Shown one piece after another: positions 1 to 7,732 of a stretch of 38,067 bases of DNA. Below the pieces are notes generated by a model, which ran no database searches, was not told where the DNA came from, and was given only the letters and a program-made list of their open reading frames with translations. The stretch lies in IMG/VR virus record IMGVR_UViG_3300037310_000065, positions 1-38,067 of that record, one strand, 5' to 3'. Source of the stretch: a virus. Taxonomy: Duplodnaviria > Caudoviricetes. A program made the position numbers and the translations under genes. Positions within the stretch are counted from its first letter, which is position 1. Each line of letters opens with the position of its first letter.

Positions 1-2
1 TC

Positions 3-134
3 GGACATGCTTCGCCTTCGACAACGCGAATCGTTTACGCTCACACAAAGAAGGATGTATTGCGTGACCAATTGAACACATACGGCTTGTCGCCGCGAGA
101 GGCGATGAGCAACAGAACTAATCATGCCGTTTGA
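3..134 (+). CDS. int: Tyrosine recombinase/integrase, C-terminal fragment (5' truncated by window edge)
   Basis: Not in the ORF track. Frame from nt 3 reads GHASPSTTRIVYAHTKKDVLRDQL...HAV*, matching the (L)GHxxxxTTxxY box II motif with the catalytic Tyr. Confidence 0.85.
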   Translation, partial: GHASPSTTRIVYAHTKKDVLRDQLNTYGLSPREAMSNRTNHAV

Positions 135-465
135 TAGAAAAAAATACCCCAATAATTGGACTTCTATTAGCCGTCGAATCCGTGAACTCGCAGGAAAAAA
201 ATGCGAGTTCTGCGGCGCGGAAAATTATGCGCAGCATCCGATAACGGGGTCGCGGGTTGTTCTAACAGTCGCTCATCTCGACCACGACACGACCAACAAC
301 AGACGTGAAAATTTGCGAGCGTTGTGCCAACGATGCCACCTGCGATACGACAGCGAATATCACAAAAAAAATGCGGCGAATACACGACGAAGGAAAAAAT
401 TAGCAGGCGGGCAAACTGAGCTTTTCGGAAATGTTGCGGAGACAAGCGACAAAAAAGCGGACTAA
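124..465 (+). CDS. HNH endonuclease-like protein
   Basis: CEFC...VLTVAHLDH...N...NLRALCQRCHLRYD: zinc-binding CxxC pairs around an H-N-H core. Confidence 0.85.
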   Translation: MPFDRKKYPNNWTSISRRIRELAGKKCEFCGAENYAQHPITGSRVVLTVAHLDHDTTNNRRENLRALCQRCHLRYDSEYHKKNAANTRRRKKLAGGQTELFGNVAETSDKKAD

Positions 466-484
466 CTACCTAGTCCGCTTTTTT
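451..484. terminator. Bidirectional intrinsic terminator
   Basis: Perfect 14-bp inverted repeat AAAAAAGCGGACTA-actacc-TAGTCCGCTTTTTT between convergent genes (465+ and 509-). Confidence 0.85.
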
Positions 485-508
485 GTCGCGCGCTCGTTGT
501 TATCGCGA

Positions 509-754
509 TCAGAAATCGCCGCAGCGCACATCGCACAGCGCATCGTACTCGTCGTCGATTCGTTTTGTCGCCATATCTGCGATTTCGTCAACGATGTCGC
601 ACATTTGTGCGAACCACGCTGCGCTCACGCCACGATCGATTATTTTTGCAGCGTGGTCGACTGCTGCGTTGACGAGAGTTTCGATCTGCAATTTCTCACG
701 CACGAGTCTGTCGCGCATGAATTCAATCTGTCCGTTTGTGCTGGTTGGTGTCAT
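509..754 (-). CDS. Hypothetical early protein (81 aa)
   Basis: GAGG RBS before ATG, own consensus promoter upstream, terminator downstream. Confidence 0.75.
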   Translation of the reverse strand: MTPTSTNGQIEFMRDRLVREKLQIETLVNAAVDHAAKIIDRGVSAAWFAQMCDIVDEIADMATKRIDDEYDALCDVRCGDF

Positions 755-806
755 TTTTTACCTCAGAGTCGCTATCTCTCGCAGCCATTATTGACTGCGT
801 GAATGT

Positions 807-834
807 ATTATACGGTTTACGCGCGAAATGTCAA
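807..834 (-). promoter_or_regulatory. sigma70-type promoter
   Basis: TTGACA (834-829), 16-nt spacer, TATAAT (812-807) on the minus strand, upstream of ORF 754-509. Confidence 0.8.
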
Positions 835-898
835 TAGGTTTACGGATAAACATTTGTGCCTATATCGGATGCATCGCAAATTCGCGAATTACCCCATC

Positions 899-928
899 AA
901 AAAAACCCCCGACAATCGGGGGCTTTTT
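899..928 (-). terminator. Intrinsic terminator (possibly bidirectional)
   Basis: CCCCCGA-caa-TCGGGGG stem flanked by A7 and T5, directly after the stop of ORF 1254-931. Confidence 0.8.
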
Positions 929-930
929 CG

Positions 931-1254
931 TCACTCACTCGGCTCGTGTTTTGGTAATTCGCATCGGGTGATGCGTTTCCTACCCGTCTCCACGTCGCGC
1001 GTGACGCGCAGGGCGTCGATATGTAGCGTCACGCCGTGTTCGCGCTCGTCTATCGTGACGACGACGCGCGCATCCGCCAGCAATGCGCGTAACGCCACCT
1101 GAAACATAACGAGCGTTTCGTCGATGCCAGTCGAGTCGTTATGTCGCGTCGTAGCCGAGCGCTGCACGCGCTGCGCGCGCGGTTTCGCGCTGTCTACGCT
1201 GCGTGTCTGATTCGCGTTCTGCACGCTCGATTGCGTCTGCGTATCTGTCATCAT
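931..1254 (-). CDS. Hypothetical protein
   Basis: GGAGG RBS before ATG at 1254, followed by a terminator; overlaps the 3' end of ORF 1588-1139. Confidence 0.6.
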   Translation of the reverse strand: MMTDTQTQSSVQNANQTRSVDSAKPRAQRVQRSATTRHNDSTGIDETLVMFQVALRALLADARVVVTIDEREHGVTLHIDALRVTRDVETGRKRITRCELPKHEPSE

Positions 1255-1588
1255 CGCTATTGCCTCCATTTATGTAAATTCTGCTGCCAAACCAAACTCG
1301 AGAGCGACCGCTGCCGACAGCGAACTGGAACACACGCTGCCCGTCACGACTGAACCCGCGCGATAGCAGCCTGACGCCCTCGATTTCCGAAAAATCCCAA
1401 GCGCCGTCGTCGCCGCCGCCGTAATCCGCCGTATTTGCCACGCGGGACGCATCCCGCAGACGATTTTCGCCGTCAGACGGGTCGGGACAGCCAAAAACAA
1501 ATTCATGCGCTCCCAGCCCCGTTTCTGTCGATTTTATGGCGTATTCAGTTTCGCGTGCAAATTGCGCCTCGCGGGACGCGTCCCGCAT
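1139..1588 (-). CDS. Hypothetical protein; possible -1 frameshift extension of the 2307-1630 membrane protein
   Basis: Frame stays open upstream into the end of ORF 2307-1630; no clear RBS. Confidence 0.5.
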   Translation of the reverse strand: MRDASREAQFARETEYAIKSTETGLGAHEFVFGCPDPSDGENRLRDASRVANTADYGGGDDGAWDFSEIEGVRLLSRGFSRDGQRVFQFAVGSGRSRVWFGSRIYINGGNSDDDRYADAIERAERESDTQRRQRETARAARAALGYDAT

Positions 1589-1629
1589 GTTCGTCTCGCC
1601 CGCCGTCGCCGAACCTGCTACGGCGACGG

Positions 1630-2307
1630 CTAATGAGGGTTTACCCCGTTGCTGTTCGGCGACGTTGAACGATTTTGGAATTGCGCGGGACTAGTAGCCA
1701 TCAGCTCTCGATTTATCGTGTCTGCGCGCGTCTCGCCAAACACCGTGAGCGCCTCGCGCGATGCGTCGCTGGCGAGCGCAACGCTGAGCGCGTTTGATTT
1801 AGCCAGCTCCAGCGCTTGCGCGATTTTTCGGCGCTGGCGCATCAACTGAATAGCGGGATCAGCATCGATCACGGCTTTCCAAAACGCAATTGTGACGGGG
1901 ATAACAATCGGAACGCACCAAAACGCATATAGCCGCAGAATGTCACTGTTAATAGATGCGTTCGTGAGCGCGTTAAATTCGATCACGCAATTGAGCGAAA
2001 CGAGAACAAACATCGCCCAGCCGAAAATTTTTGCTAACTGTCCCTGCAATCCGTGCGAGAACCACACAAAATTCCCCACGAGAAACGCAGCCAAACTGCC
2101 CTCGATCAGTAACGCGGGGATGACGCCTAGTACGCGCATTTCGTTCGTGAACGCACGCGAATACAGCATGAAATTCAGGACGCCAGTGAACAATAAACCG
2201 ATTGCGATGATCGCGCCCGCCGCGACCTGCACCAAAACACGTTTTGATTTATTTTCATCGGCAGCGATGAGGTCTGCGACGGTGTTTATTTTTTCGTTTT
2301 CAAACAT
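1630..2307 (-). CDS. Multi-pass membrane protein (about 4 TM segments plus a coiled-coil tail)
   Basis: Four hydrophobic stretches followed by a helical charged tail; AAGGA RBS before ATG 2307. Confidence 0.8.
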   Translation of the reverse strand: MFENEKINTVADLIAADENKSKRVLVQVAAGAIIAIGLLFTGVLNFMLYSRAFTNEMRVLGVIPALLIEGSLAAFLVGNFVWFSHGLQGQLAKIFGWAMFVLVSLNCVIEFNALTNASINSDILRLYAFWCVPIVIPVTIAFWKAVIDADPAIQLMRQRRKIAQALELAKSNALSVALASDASREALTVFGETRADTINRELMATSPAQFQNRSTSPNSNGVNPH

Positions 2308-2346
2308 TGTGATTTCCTTTTCGCATAATCGGCGTAGAATCACGTC

Positions 2347-2404
2347 GATCATGCACATTGAATCGGCATGATTGCGGACGGTTTACGCCGTCCGTTTTTA
2401 TTTA
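2347..2404 (+). ncRNA. Candidate antisense small RNA (two hairpins plus U tail)
   Basis: TAGAAT at 2335-2340; stems GATCATGC/GCATGATT and GCGGACGG/CCGTCCGT, then TTTTTATTT; G-U pairs form only on the + strand. Confidence 0.45.
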
Positions 2405-2596
2405 TTCTTCATCCCCCCCCCTTGCCGCGATGCGCGCGGCGCGCCATTTACTGAACCCGTCGACATCGACGAGCCATATCCATCCAATTTTTTTATGCCA
2501 TTTTTCGCCGCTGTGTTTGCGGCACAGTGACCGTAGATACTCGCGGTCGATTTTCAGTTTTGTTGCTGCATCGCGCAGCTCTATAAATTTATCCAT
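2402..2596 (-). CDS. Small HTH DNA-binding protein (excisionase/MerR-like)
   Basis: FIELRDAATKLKIDREYLRSLCR...KKIGWIWLVD matches the HTH_17-type pattern; probably leaderless from extended -10 TGaTACAAT (2611-2603). Confidence 0.75.
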   Translation of the reverse strand: MDKFIELRDAATKLKIDREYLRSLCRKHSGEKWHKKIGWIWLVDVDGFSKWRAARIAARGGDEE

Positions 2597-2652
2597 TTGC
2601 AGATTGTATCATGTAATATGAGGCGTGCGACAAATCTATCTACGAAAACATA

Positions 2653-2681
2653 TTGACAAAGCGCGCTCGTGTGAATATGAT
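2653..2681 (+). promoter_or_regulatory. sigma70-type promoter (leaderless transcript)
   Basis: TTGACA-17-TATGAT; GTG at 2688 lies 7 nt after the -10 box; back-to-back with the leftward promoter. Confidence 0.75.
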
Positions 2682-2687
2682 GCTCGC

Positions 2688-3074
2688 GTGACAAAATTTC
2701 AGATTTGGCAAAAGCGCGTAAACAAATACGCGCAAAAAATCAAAAACGGACAAACAGACAAAAAGGCGCTTATTAAAAGCGCAAAACACGAATACGGCTA
2801 CCGTCCCGCGAAGGCGCGTCGGTTTGTCGACGAGGCGTTTGTTGTTGCGGGGGGGGGGACGGTCGAAAAGGATCGTGGCGGTCGCACAGTGGTCTACCAC
2901 ACAATCGACACGACCGATTGCGCGCTTGCAATGCGCGTAATCGAAAAACTCGGATTTACGGCAACGTGCGAGGATGGCACGTTGCGAATGAAAAAATGGC
3001 AAAACGGATTACGCGCGTGGGAGATTGTCGAGGCGGCGTTAGCGGTCGCGTTTGACGAATCGTTACGCGCTTGA
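2688..3074 (+). CDS. Hypothetical basic protein, possibly a DNA-binding regulator
   Basis: In-frame GTG at the predicted TSS; Lys/Arg-rich N-terminus; contains a G10 tract. Confidence 0.65.
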   Translation: MTKFQIWQKRVNKYAQKIKNGQTDKKALIKSAKHEYGYRPAKARRFVDEAFVVAGGGTVEKDRGGRTVVYHTIDTTDCALAMRVIEKLGFTATCEDGTLRMKKWQNGLRAWEIVEAALAVAFDESLRA

Positions 3075-3099
3075 CAAGCGCGACAATAACATGTAGTAT
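3071..3099 (+). promoter_or_regulatory. sigma70-type promoter of the replication operon
   Basis: TTGACA-17-TAGTAT with a TG extension. Confidence 0.75.
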
Positions 3100-3160
3100 G
3101 TAATCAACGCGCGAACGACTGTGCATTGCGTTCGTGCTAAATAGATGATGTGTACCGTCG

Positions 3161-3248
3161 TCGGCTTTGAGAAGCCGTCGCGTTAGCGCACACCCGTTGA
3201 CGGTCGGGAAAATGCACAACGTGACGCGCGACGGTTTCTCAGAGCCGA
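3161..3248 (+). promoter_or_regulatory. Structured 5' leader of rep
   Basis: TCGGCTTTGAGAAGCCGTCGCG pairs over 22 nt with CGCGACGGTTTCTCAGAGCCGA; the only imperfections are G-U pairs. Confidence 0.65.
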
Positions 3249-3278
3249 TTTGTTTTTCCGTAACGCAATCAACCAGCA

Positions 3279-4280
3279 ATGAACAAAATAGCGACCTCAG
3301 ACGAACGACGCACATTTTTTTCGCGCGTAGACCATTACGCGCAGTGGGGAGCAGACCTAACACCGAACGAGTTTAGATGCTACATGCACTATGTAGCATT
3401 ATGCGAGTGGGGCGGTGCGGTTGCATGGTGGCGGGAAAATGTAGCGGACGAAAATCCATTCTCGAAAACAGTGATGGCGCGCGTATTGAAAATGAGCGTT
3501 CACACTGTCGTAAAATGCCGTCGATCACTGATCGACAAAAACCTCATTCGTGCGTCTCGCAAATACCGCGACGCTAACCCCAGTGAGTCACGTTTTTATT
3601 TAGAAATCTCTATTGTCGATAACACGGAAAAAAATCTCTCGTTTTGCGTAAAAAACAGGGGTGAAATTAACACCCCTGACGATGGAAACAGGGGGCAAAA
3701 TAGACCCCCTGCAGGGGGCAAAGTAGACCCCCTGAATACGCGAAACAGGGGGCAAAATAGACCCAGTACAGAAGAATTAAATAATAATAATAAAAAACAG
3801 ATCGCGCATCCGCGCGATGTTTCCCCGCCCGATTTTTCAGCAGCTAAACCGAGTGACCCACTCGGACACATTTTCGAGCGTCACACACGCTCGCGCGAAC
3901 AAAAAACACAGTCTGTCATCGCGTCGTGGAATTGCAGTCAACACATCCGCGATTTTTGCATCACGTTTGCGCAGCTCACGATGATCATCCCAACCGCGCA
4001 GAATAAGACGCGGTGGATGCGCGAAGCAAAAACACTAATCCAGAACGGCGTAACGCCAGATGAGATGCGCGCAGCGTGGCAACGATTAAAAAATACGACG
4101 CTGACGATTGTGTCGCCTGCGGGATTATTTTCGACGATTCAGAGTTTGCGCGCAAAACACACGCGCGATGAAATAGAAGCGATGACGCAATCGGTGAATG
4201 ACGAACCGCGCGACGGCAATCGTTTGACAGCCGAACAATTAGAGCGCATCCGTTTATTAGCGCGTGCGGCGGTGACGTAA
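3279..4280 (+). CDS. Phage replication initiator (N-terminal winged HTH, internal iterons)
   Basis: LTPNEFRCYMHY...SKTVMARVLKMSVHTVVKCRRSLIDKNLI wHTH; central repeats; directly upstream of a helicase, as for lambda O. Confidence 0.8.
   Translation: MNKIATSDERRTFFSRVDHYAQWGADLTPNEFRCYMHYVALCEWGGAVAWWRENVADENPFSKTVMARVLKMSVHTVVKCRRSLIDKNLIRASRKYRDANPSESRFYLEISIVDNTEKNLSFCVKNRGEINTPDDGNRGQNRPPAGGKVDPLNTRNRGQNRPSTEELNNNNKKQIAHPRDVSPPDFSAAKPSDPLGHIFERHTRSREQKTQSVIASWNCSQHIRDFCITFAQLTMIIPTAQNKTRWMREAKTLIQNGVTPDEMRAAWQRLKNTTLTIVSPAGLFSTIQSLRAKHTRDEIEAMTQSVNDEPRDGNRLTAEQLERIRLLARAAVT
3656..3797. repeat. Iteron array and AT-rich tract: probable replication origin
   Basis: Four CAGGGG(G)-caaaataga-(C)CCCCTG-like dyads at 3656, 3689, 3712 and 3746 (last one partial), then AATTAAATAATAATAATAAAAAA. 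Confidence 0.8.
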
Positions 4281-4304
4281 AAAAAAAACTAGCGAGATAC
4301 AACC

Positions 4305-5381
4305 ATGACCAGCAACAACAACACATTATTTCAGTCATACGAACTCGCGCAGGCGAGTGACCTCATCGTTCGCGCGAAAACGGACATCACAAACGCGCTG
4401 AGCGCGGGGCGCGTGTTACCGCGAACATATTTACCTGTCATCGACGAGCCGATGACGGGTATGCCAAACATGCCATTCTTTGGCGCGCAACTTTGTCTTG
4501 TAGTTGGTTCCACGAATCACGGCAAAACCCCGTTGCTTACGTACATGGCTACGCGATACGCGCGCGACATCGTGGCGTCTAGCGCGTGGCAAAACTCAGA
4601 ACGACGCGGACGCATTCTCTATTTTGCGCTTGAGGATTACGTAGAGTCGATGCGGATGCGGTTTGCCAGAAGCGGGAATTTGCATCTGACCGCGATCACG
4701 AATCCGATGATGAGCGCAGCGCAGATCAGGCACGTTTTGTCTGAGAGTGATGATCTACCGATAGTCGTTTGTGGTTCGAGCATCGCGGACAGCGACGCAA
4801 AATTGTCACTTACCGAATTTGGTTCGAGTAGCCCGACTGTATCGAAAATTGCTCGAACGATTGCGACGCTATATCACGCGCACAAAATCATGCCAATCGC
4901 GGTCTATATCGATCATTTCCATTTGCTATCGACCGAGAAAAAACACAGTGGAATTAACGAGCGATACGAGCGCGTCGGAGAAGAAATTGTCGAACTCATT
5001 TCGTGGCTGCGCGACGTACCTCTTTTTGTCGGCGCGCAGGCGAACGTTAAGGACATCGCAAATCGACCTGCAAAAAAGCGCCAGCCTGACGCGCAAGACA
5101 TGCGTTACGGATCAGCGGCGCTCGATTACGCGCGCGATGTGATAACCGTGTGGCGACCAGCGAACGACGGTCTCGACGACGCAGAGACACTTGAGATCGT
5201 GCAGCGCGGCAAAAACAAAATAACCGTGCCAACGCATCCTAGTTTTCTTTTTGTAAAAAGTGCAAAGGCGCGGTTTGCGCCGATCGTTGGCGTTATAGAC
5301 GTTCTGTCGCTCGGCGGCTATCTACCTAATTCTCGACACGGCGACGTTACGCCGATTGAATTTTCATCAGTGGAGTTTTGA
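4305..5381 (+). CDS. DnaB-like (SF4) replicative helicase
   Basis: Walker A GSTNHGKT, FALED (motif 1a), YIDH (Walker B), GAQAN, DMRYGSAALDYARD. Confidence 0.85.
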   Translation: MTSNNNTLFQSYELAQASDLIVRAKTDITNALSAGRVLPRTYLPVIDEPMTGMPNMPFFGAQLCLVVGSTNHGKTPLLTYMATRYARDIVASSAWQNSERRGRILYFALEDYVESMRMRFARSGNLHLTAITNPMMSAAQIRHVLSESDDLPIVVCGSSIADSDAKLSLTEFGSSSPTVSKIARTIATLYHAHKIMPIAVYIDHFHLLSTEKKHSGINERYERVGEEIVELISWLRDVPLFVGAQANVKDIANRPAKKRQPDAQDMRYGSAALDYARDVITVWRPANDGLDDAETLEIVQRGKNKITVPTHPSFLFVKSAKARFAPIVGVIDVLSLGGYLPNSRHGDVTPIEFSSVEF

Positions 5382-6385
5382 TTGTGAATACCGTCTACGA
5401 AAAACTGATTGTCCCTATCGCACACGAATCTCGTTTTGTGTGCTGGCGTGGAACAAACAAAATTCCGTTCAACGCCGCGAATGGCAAAACCGCAAGCGTC
5501 GTGGATGCGACGACGTGGAGCGATGCTGCGACGTGTCGTGCGTTTTTCACGCGCGATGCGGGTGGGGGGATAGGCGTCGTGTTCACTCGCGACGCGCGCT
5601 TCACTCGACTTGTCGGAGTCGATCTCGATGACTGTCTCAACGCGCATGGCGCGATCATCAGAGACGACGTACGCGAGTTCGTCGAGATGCTCAATTCGCT
5701 GACAGTCGTCAGCGCGTCGGGGCGCGGTTTGCATATTTATTTGCGCGTCAACGACACTCGCACGCTCGACGATGTGTCGATACGAAATAAACACGCCGCG
5801 CGTAACGCTGACGGACTCGCGTTTGCCATGATGGAGATATACGACGACGCGCGTTATTTCCGCGTCGCGCGATCTCCGATTGCATACCGCGACGTGGATA
5901 TTCGATGCGTTGGCATCGACGAGATAGCGTTCGCGTGTAAGTTTTTCGACGACCTCGACGAATACGTCGAGCCAGAAATTGTTGAGTCACGCAAACCCGC
6001 TAGATTCAACGCAGGCGGGGGGGGGGATAGTGTTATCGCGCAGTACAACCTTCAGCGCAACGTCGCTGATTTGCTCAAACGTTTTGGCTATCACATTTCG
6101 GCAAGCGGAAAATATTTCACTCGACCAAACAAAAATCCACGCGATGGCGTGTCGGGGATGATTAACGACGATGGCAGCGCGTATTCGTTTTCGGTAAATG
6201 ACGCGATGCGTGTCGAGAAAAACGGACACGTCTACACGTTCCGCGCGTTCGATGTTTTGTGTGCGATCGGACATGATGGAGATGTTCGCGCTGCGGTCGC
6301 AGCAGCCGCGCGCGAACTTGGACTACAGCACACGCCGCGCGCGTTTGGTATCTCGGATTTGGCGCGTGTGGCGACGGGCTACTAA
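5378..6385 (+). CDS. Primase-polymerase (AEP superfamily) with a C-terminal accessory domain
   Basis: KIPF...TTWS...GIGVVF...GVDLDDC...SASGRGLHIY...EIYD..RYF motifs of phage prim-pol proteins. Confidence 0.85.
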   Translation: MIVNTVYEKLIVPIAHESRFVCWRGTNKIPFNAANGKTASVVDATTWSDAATCRAFFTRDAGGGIGVVFTRDARFTRLVGVDLDDCLNAHGAIIRDDVREFVEMLNSLTVVSASGRGLHIYLRVNDTRTLDDVSIRNKHAARNADGLAFAMMEIYDDARYFRVARSPIAYRDVDIRCVGIDEIAFACKFFDDLDEYVEPEIVESRKPARFNAGGGGDSVIAQYNLQRNVADLLKRFGYHISASGKYFTRPNKNPRDGVSGMINDDGSAYSFSVNDAMRVEKNGHVYTFRAFDVLCAIGHDGDVRAAVAAAARELGLQHTPRAFGISDLARVATGY

Positions 6386-6406
6386 AAGATACATAGTAAT
6401 ATGTAG

Positions 6407-6435
6407 TTGACAAGCGCATACGTTTGTGGTATGAT
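6407..6435 (+). promoter_or_regulatory. sigma70-type promoter
   Basis: TTGACA-17-TATGAT with TG extension; ATG at 6445 gives a near-leaderless mRNA. Confidence 0.75.
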
Positions 6436-6444
6436 CTTATCGAC

Positions 6445-6687
6445 ATGAAAATCACGCAGATTACAGTGACACACAAACGCACAATTCAGATTCGGAGATT
6501 CGAACCGCTGACTGTCGAGCTGGGCGCAGCGGCTGATGTTGACGAGTCCGATAATGTGCAGGATGCGTACGCGAGACTGCTCGCGGAACTACGCGAGGCG
6601 ACGCGGGCGTATTGTGTGCCGTTTGTCGAAGCGGCGGGTTTTCGTGTCAAAGAACAAGAATCAGTATCAGCATTAGAACAAATATAG
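6445..6687 (+). CDS. Hypothetical protein
   Basis: MKITQITVTHKRTI...; directly behind the promoter. Confidence 0.7.
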   Translation: MKITQITVTHKRTIQIRRFEPLTVELGAAADVDESDNVQDAYARLLAELREATRAYCVPFVEAAGFRVKEQESVSALEQI

Positions 6688-6698
6688 GAGAAACGAAA

Positions 6699-7391
6699 AT
6701 GGCACTAGACGAAAAAACACTTTCAAGAAATCGCCAATGGCTCAATGTTGAAGGCATGAGCGAGGGTGAAACGTTTTCTCATGTCGTGCAGGCGTCGACA
6801 GAGGTTGTCTCGCGCTTTAATGCGGGGCAGACTGAGTTTACCGTCACGTTTGCGGAAAGAAACAGCGACGGTAAAAATATCAGGTGGTCAATACCCATCT
6901 CGCGAAATGCGCACACGCAGAAAATCATAGACTATTTCCGCTCGCGTGGTGTAGACGGAGCGATAGAAGCGGATATGCTCGTGGGTTTGCGTTTTGACTT
7001 TTCTGTCGTCAGAGAGCCGAAGTCGATGCGCGACTCAACACTGATGAACAAGCTGCGCATCGCGTCGATCACTGATACGCGCGCTCAACACGCTTCACCT
7101 GCTGAGCAGGCTGAACATGTTGCACCTGCTGAACGCGCTCAACCCGCTGCGCAGGGTGCTCGTGTCATCCCGTTTGATGTGGAGAAACTCGAAGAATTGC
7201 GTGAGTGGCTCGCAAAAAACAACCTGTCAACACAACAACTGGATACGGTCGAGAAGCGGTTGGAAGTTACCGCATCTATGGGTGGAGTTTCACGAAATGA
7301 AATATATCACGCGACTAACGACTTGCCGTCGCAGCGTGAGCGAATTAACGCGCTGATTGATTTGCTATTAGCGTCTCCGATTCCGTTTTGA
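6699..7391 (+). CDS. Hypothetical protein (possibly SSB/recombination-associated; acidic IPF end)
   Basis: AGGAG RBS; beta-rich N-domain, PAE linker repeats, C-terminal IPF resembling SSB tails. Confidence 0.6.
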   Translation: MALDEKTLSRNRQWLNVEGMSEGETFSHVVQASTEVVSRFNAGQTEFTVTFAERNSDGKNIRWSIPISRNAHTQKIIDYFRSRGVDGAIEADMLVGLRFDFSVVREPKSMRDSTLMNKLRIASITDTRAQHASPAEQAEHVAPAERAQPAAQGARVIPFDVEKLEELREWLAKNNLSTQQLDTVEKRLEVTASMGGVSRNEIYHATNDLPSQRERINALIDLLLASPIPF

Positions 7392-7401
7392 GGTGAACAA
7401 A

Positions 7402-7668
7402 ATGGCGAAAAACAACTGTGCAGCATGCGCTCGTATTGATGAATTAACTGAAATGACGCGCACGCAATTCATTGTTGCTTGCGTCGGCGAAATAGAACTT
7501 GATGTTGTCGAGTGCGCTGCTGGCGTTGGCGAAGCAAGATTGAACGCACGCTATTTCTCATGTGTGAACGGTCACGTGCTTTTCTATGACCCGACATTCT
7601 GTGACCATTACGTCAGAGTAGATCATCTGGCGTATGACAAAACACTCGGATTGTATGAGATTGAGTAG
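7402..7668 (+). CDS. Small Cys-rich hypothetical protein
   Basis: GAGGTG RBS; CAAC and CVNGH possible Zn ligands. Confidence 0.6.
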   Translation: MAKNNCAACARIDELTEMTRTQFIVACVGEIELDVVECAAGVGEARLNARYFSCVNGHVLFYDPTFCDHYVRVDHLAYDKTLGLYEIE

Positions 7669-7732
7669 AAAGTAATGATCCTCGTAGCGACCCCGTGCGG
7701 TCTAACAACCGCGCGGGGAGAGGTAAAACAAA

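Noticed and set aside
431-1102. Plus-strand ORFs 431-802, 483-794 and 803-1102
   Set aside because: They overlap minus-strand genes that have RBS, promoter and terminator support
3656-3764. Palindromic repeats as a CRISPR array
   Set aside because: Gaps are 0-11 nt, the repeats lie inside rep and no cas genes are present; they fit iterons
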